The notes under the pieces: generated by a model | The model's input: the letters and a program-made list of their open reading frames with translations, nothing else | Databases searched by the model: none | Told to the model about the DNA's origin: nothing | From: Craspedostauros australis | Lineage: Eukaryota | Length of the DNA: 41,952 nucleotides | Direction: 5' to 3' | Assembly (NCBI GenBank): GCA_030167865.1 | Contig: JALAGF010005177.1 | Span: forward strand, 1-41,952 | Shown: one piece after another, positions 36,622-41,952 of the stretch | Layout of the letters: every line of letters starts with the position of its first letter | How positions within the stretch are numbered: position 1 is the first letter of the stretch | Program-made: the position numbers and the translations under genes

Positions 36622-39284
36622 TCAGGTGGTCGTGGTGTTTTGAAAAATGGACTCCGCATCGACGGACAAATCTTCGAGCTCGTGGAACCAAAAGCCCGAT
36701 GCGATCATGGTGTAGATTCCCACCAGCATTGCACCGACCATCCAGTTGGTCGTCCCACCTTGCAGGATGGCGGCCACGGTGATCACCCCCAAAAATAGAC
36801 ACACCGTTTCGTAGGCATGGAAGTACAGGGACATGGAACGGTCGACGAACATCCCGATGAGGACGCTGCCTGGCAGAACGAACGCCGCCACTTGGATGGC
36901 GCTGCCCACCGTGACGCCGACGCACAGATCCATCTCGTTACGGAATGCGAATAATATCGCGCTGACCTGCTCGGCGACATTCGAGAAGAATGGCACGATC
37001 ACCATGGATGTGAATACTTGGCTGATCTTCATGCGCAGCGCGAATCCGTCGATCGTGTCCACGAGCATGTCGCTCAACGCCGACACGCACAGCGTGATGA
37101 TGAGCAACCAAATGATGCCAACGCGCAAAGACAGCTGAGGGCCTTCGTCGACGTCATGCGACAGACTCACGGATGCCACGATGGCCGAAGCCGACGGCGC
37201 TTCCAATTCCAGACGATGATTGTCCCTGTTGCGCTTGCGGCGTGGCGACCGCCTGCGTTCGCCGTTGTTTGATCGTAGTATACTGCCGCCTTTATGCAGA
37301 GCGCTTCCATTTGCTAGAACGTCTTGCGCCACGAGGGAATCCGCCTCATGCGCTGAGCTGTAGTCGCTGAAGGCTGCGTTACCGCCATCTTCCGACCATT
37401 CATCACTACCCTGTTCTGCAGCATCCCACATCTCCCCAATATTCCTGTCGGAGTTCCGCCTCTTGTTCTTCTGGTAGAACTGACGCCGCGACATCAATTC
37501 TATCTGCCCTTGACTCTTCATGTTCGGCGTCATCTTCTTCGTCGTCGCCGGAATGGCACTAGCGATGACAGGGATCTGCTGGTTGCTTTCGAAGTATCGG
37601 AACAGCGGCATGCAGAGCCGATTGCGGCGGCCCGCATGCCTGCTGCGTCTCGATTTGCGAGCAGAATTCCTGGATTGCCCGTCCGCCGGCACCTGTTCTC
37701 TGTCATCGAATTCATCTTTGTGCGTACCGAGCTGGAAGATGAGATAGCAAATGTACAGCGACATGAGGACGAATGCATTGATGCGCGAGAACTGTAGTTC
37801 TGCGGTGGAGGGTGGGATGGGAATGCCATCGGCACTGACGTGCTTCAGCTCCTCCTCGCCGCGCCGCAGGAGCTGTCCACTCTCGATCAATGCAGCGGGG
37901 AGAAGGCTGGCCGCCGTTGACACCAGAAGCATCCCGACAGAGACGTTACCCGAGGTGATGCGCAACTCTTGCACCTGCCATCGCAATCCACCGATGAGAC
38001 ACGCCGCGCCGAATACGAAGAGCAGATTGGTGAGCATGGACCCCAGCATGGCGAGCTGGACCACGCGGTAATAGCCTGACCGCAATGCGGCAGTCGCAAT
38101 AAGCAATTCTGGTGCATTCCCGAATGTAGCGTTCAAAAGAGCCCCCACAGTGCCGTTGGTATGCTCAGCAACCTGCTCAGTCACAAATGATAACCTAAGT
38201 CCGATCAGGCAAAGGGCAGTTGTGAGTCGAAGGAAGAGAGAGCGAGAGAGAAAACAGCATTCATCTTGAGAAGGTGCAATTCAGCCAGTATCAATTTGCC
38301 TTGCTTTTCAATGTGCTGGAAGACTGCAGGAGTAGCACCCTGCCGAGTTAGTACAGCTCGATACGAGTGCTCCAAATTCGCAAACAAATAGTGGGGAGCA
38401 ATCCATCTGCTTGAATGGCGATGATCCACACTTGGAAGTAACAAAGCATAGCATACCAAAACGTAACATAATGTATCATGAGCACACACAACCCCCTCTC
38501 ACCTTTCCGCACATGGAATGAGCGCAATGCCTGACAAGGAAAAGCAAATGGCTTCACCGAGCGAATTCGTTGCATTTCCAAACAACGCGATGGGACCGCA
38601 TATCAGTAACCATGCCAACTTCGTCTGAAAAAGCAATTCGGAAGAATCCAACAGTTCTGTGAGCAAGCTGGGCGATTGGGATTGCTGTTGCGATGCACCA
38701 TTGGGAACACCAAGGCTGTGCGTTCGTGATCTGTCCGTCAATTTTGGTGAGCGAGGAGCGACGCTGTCGTCGGATGACATCGTCATGTCGGTTCCTTGTG
38801 CCAAGTTTTCCACGTCGATCGCAGTATTGTCGTCGCCGATTCGTTCGTCTGGTGTGGAATGCACACGTGCGGGTTGTTGTTGTTCAGTTACGACTGGAAC
38901 ACCTTCGCTGTTGCCGCGACAATGCGCAGTTTCGATGTCGTCAAGTGGAGTCTGCTCTGCTGGTGCGGAATCGGTCGCGTTGGATTGAGCGTACGCGAAT
39001 GAAGCCGAACTGAATGACAAGGTCTGTGCCGCACGCCGAAACCAAGTAAGTGGGGTCTTCGTCCTGTCAGCCTTGCGCTGCTTGTCTTCGTCCTCGTCTT
39101 GTTGTTGCTGCTGTAGTTGTTGGCTAATTGCCTGTACGCTGTCGTCCTGGAGGCTGTCTAACCTGTTGCTGGTGCTGTTGCTGTTGATCTCTCCGCCGTC
39201 CTCGTTCCCAGCAAAGCCTCGGTACGAAATGGACCGTCGAGACCGAATGGTGACGGTGGCGACCTCGGTATCAGCTGCGGCTAC
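36622..39284 (-). CDS. CAX-family Ca2+(cation)/H+ antiporter; exons <=39284-38503 and 38194-36622; true start unresolved (first in-frame ATG at 38786)
   Basis: Intron AG|GTGAGA (38502)...CTTAG| (38195) joins IPCAE-R-LSFVTEQVA. Alpha-1 repeat GALLNATFGNAPE, LGSMLTNLL, alpha-2 repeat PFFSNVAEQ, GSAIQVA. Confidence 0.9.
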
Positions 39285-39655
39285 TCAGACAGAGCAGGGT
39301 GATGTTGTCTCACTGGGGAGTCCTGCTGGTATGGATAGCAGTATGATTAGCAGTATGAATAGTATTGGATGCACTCCAGTACGATCTACGATCCAGATCG
39401 TATTACACTATTGTGCTCCGAACCGATTGAATTGACCGGTCTGCAGTGGGATGCAAGATGTCTGTGGTGCTTCCCATGTATTCTGATATAATACTAGTAT
39501 GGTGCTACTACTCTACCAACACGTATTCAGATAGTGGCAGCGATGTCTCCGAACTCGCCCTCTGTTCGAGTATGGTGTGTGTATGGTACACGTATTCTAT
39601 GTCTGATCATTGAGGTGACGATGGTATGGGAACGGCTCACCGGTGACCCTTGCCG

Positions 39656-39684
39656 TCTCTCTCTCTCTCTTTCTCTTTCTCTCT
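39656..39684. repeat. Imperfect (CT)n microsatellite upstream of the CAX gene
   Basis: Directly visible. Confidence 0.85.
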
Positions 39685-40344
39685 GTTGGTGCTGGTGTGC
39701 TGGTTTGGATGTTGTGGCGTTCCGTTCTGTGTGGAAGTTCGACAGGACGCGCAAACGAATCCACGCTGGGCGGGTGTGTTGCGATCATTGGTTGTTTTTG
39801 GTGTTCGTGTCGTCGGCTTCGCGCGCCTTGCCGAAAATCACGGTCGTTGCGTCAACCAGTCACGCACGATTCAATCAGAGTTCAAAACAAGAAAAGCGAT
39901 TGTTGGTTGACAAAAATGACAGTCGCACACGCTGGCCCATGACGGCTACACGAAGAGTGTAGATGATGCGCATCAAGTGGAGAATTGTTCCATCGGGACT
40001 CGGCGGAGGGCGGAACCTGCCCGATCATCGTCGGCAACACGAACGATGCACTCTTTGCGTTGATAGAGAAATGTGATCGCGCACCAGCACTCATGCCTCG
40101 CTGGTCCACCGTATGCAGAGTGCGCACAGTTCGATGGAGAGGTCAAGGGAAGATGAAAGCGCAACAAAACAGATCATGGCATCGTTATGTACTCGTCCAT
40201 GTCAGTTGATAAGGCACTTGCAATGATGCTGTATGCATAACCTTGCGGCGTACTTGTTTTAGATGGAGTATGTGTGGTAAGAGCAGATCGTTGCCTCACG
40301 GACGACGAAAAGTGGGGCGTCATGATCCTGCCGTGCGTAGGCAT

Positions 40345-41139
40345 TCACCAATCAGAATCCCCTGGGCTCTCTTCCCGCCCCAGGACACTTTCCAAAAGCT
40401 CTTCGTAGAAGAAGCAACGATCGTCGTTGTCATTATCATACCAGTCTTCTGGGAGAATTTCACCTTCCCCCAGGACACTCGCAATGTGCTCATAGAATTC
40501 GAGAGTCTCGTCTCCTCTACAGCCGTGATCAAGGATATACTGCAATGGTGTAGCACCATTCGAGTTCCGAATGGTCAAATCGGCACCCCAGTCCGCCAAT
40601 GAAGTGAAAGCGCCATAGCTCCATCCATATGCTGCTTGATGGAGTGGGGTGCATCCGTTTGCGTCTTGGGCGTTGATATCGATTTTGTTCTGGTGCCATA
40701 AGTATTCCATAGTGCTACAGCTGTTGCCCAGAGCCGCAGCATGGAGCAATGTCCACTCACCATTTGCTTTTACTTGGGTGTCAGCGTTACCTTCCTCAAC
40801 CAAGTATTTCATGATATGCACATCACTGTGATAAGTGTGGTGACGAATGGTTTCGTACAAGGGAGTTCTCCCAGTTGCATCTCGAGCGTTTGCATCTGCG
40901 TGGCAGGCTTTCACGAGATACTTCACAGCATCAAAATGACCATTCTTGCAAGCAACGGCAAGTGGCGTGCGCTTCTTTTCGTCTCTCACTTCATCAATGG
41001 AAGCTTGTAGATTCTCCTTGCGCCATCGCTTGAGTTTCTCAAGATCGCCGATGTGAGCAGCCTCGATCAACTCTGCATTCGTCACAGATGACGCCAAGGC
41101 GTGGCTGGTTCCAGCACGTTGGCCTTGAGTGCGCACCAT
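40345..41139 (-). CDS. Ankyrin-repeat protein (~264 aa from the first ATG at 41139)
   Basis: About five ANK repeats: RTPLAVACKNGH, GRTPLYETI, WTLLHAAALGN, GCTPLHQAAYG, GATPL. Confidence 0.85.
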   Translation of the reverse strand: MVRTQGQRAGTSHALASSVTNAELIEAAHIGDLEKLKRWRKENLQASIDEVRDEKKRTPLAVACKNGHFDAVKYLVKACHADANARDATGRTPLYETIRHHTYHSDVHIMKYLVEEGNADTQVKANGEWTLLHAAALGNSCSTMEYLWHQNKIDINAQDANGCTPLHQAAYGWSYGAFTSLADWGADLTIRNSNGATPLQYILDHGCRGDETLEFYEHIASVLGEGEILPEDWYDNDNDDRCFFYEELLESVLGREESPGDSDW

Positions 41140-41952
41140 CGCTGGAATACTCGTACGAGCGACACGATTCGCAAGTGATGTTGAAGTGAGCCCTTGCTGG
41201 CGAAGTGCGGGCGCCACGAATGAGTGGAAGGAGATGTGAATCCGACGCGTTGGTCAGTGGATTGCAGTTTGCTTGCTCGTGCGGTTGATCTTTTGGTTCT
41301 TGGCTTGTGTGGAACGGGGACGTCTGTTGAGACTGTGTGGATTCAAAGGAATGGCGATGACGATGTCAGTATGTTGGTGTTGATGTTGTTGATGTTGTCA
41401 CTGTTTTCCTTTGTTATGAGGACGTATGGATGTGATGGAAGAAGCTTGGTTTGTTCAGTTCACATCAGCGTACCTCCACGTTGAGATTTTGGAGCACCTC
41501 TGTGGTACAATGAAAACCCGAAACTTGATTGGAGGCTCACAACGATCCATGAGGAGTGTCATGTCGTGTCGTGTTCCGTTGTGCTGTGCTGTGCTGTGTT
41601 GTGCTGTGTTGTTCCTGCCATCTGGTGACATGTGTCTGCTTCTGATAATGGCAGAAAGCATGTGACTGCGAATGAAATCTTCCTCAAACCCGTCTCCATC
41701 GTGTTCGCATCGTCACAGTCCTATCATGCAAGTAGCGGATCGCCCGCTTACCTGCCTCCCACATGCTTACCACATACTCCATTGCTTGCTTCACACGTCG
41801 GAGTCAAATCAAGCTCGACTTCGTCATCCCGAACGCATCCTCGACGAAATCAGACAAGAGCACTTCGCTGCCTGCGCGGAATTGACTGTGTGCCTTGCCG
41901 CTAGTTTAACCCCGTCGCTGAAATGCGTCCACATCGACATCGAACCCACCAG

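Noticed and set aside
41224..41952. Genes at the right edge
   Set aside because: Only short ORFs without motifs plus simple (GTGCT)n repeats; probably promoter or leader sequence.

Overview
Gene-dense eukaryotic nuclear DNA, most likely from a diatom. This is inferred from spliceosomal introns, two proteins with bipartite signal-peptide + 'SAF' plastid-targeting motifs, and a membrane cyclase-PDE fusion typical of diatoms; the species cannot be determined from the sequence. I find 11 well-supported protein-coding genes, in order: a bestrophin/UPF0187 channel (GC-AG intron); an ankyrin-J-domain-LOTUS-like protein; a Nischarin/STK11IP-like LRR protein; a small plastid-targeted protein; a PDZ-containing PI3K-family kinase with a large insertion in its kinase N-lobe; a protein with a C-terminal PH-like domain; a plastid-targeted Pro/Ala-rich repeat protein; a receptor-type class III cyclase-phosphodiesterase fusion with a TPR-like tail; a GUCD1/C39-peptidase-like protein; a CAX-type Ca2+/H+ antiporter; and a short ankyrin protein. 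Five introns were resolved by eye by joining reading frames. The window starts with a degenerate 20-bp tandem array spanning a 50-N gap. I found no tRNA, rRNA, CRISPR array or intact transposase. All domain calls come from motif recognition, not database searches. I cannot confirm a new biological system; the best leads are the unusual domain architectures and the 20-bp array.
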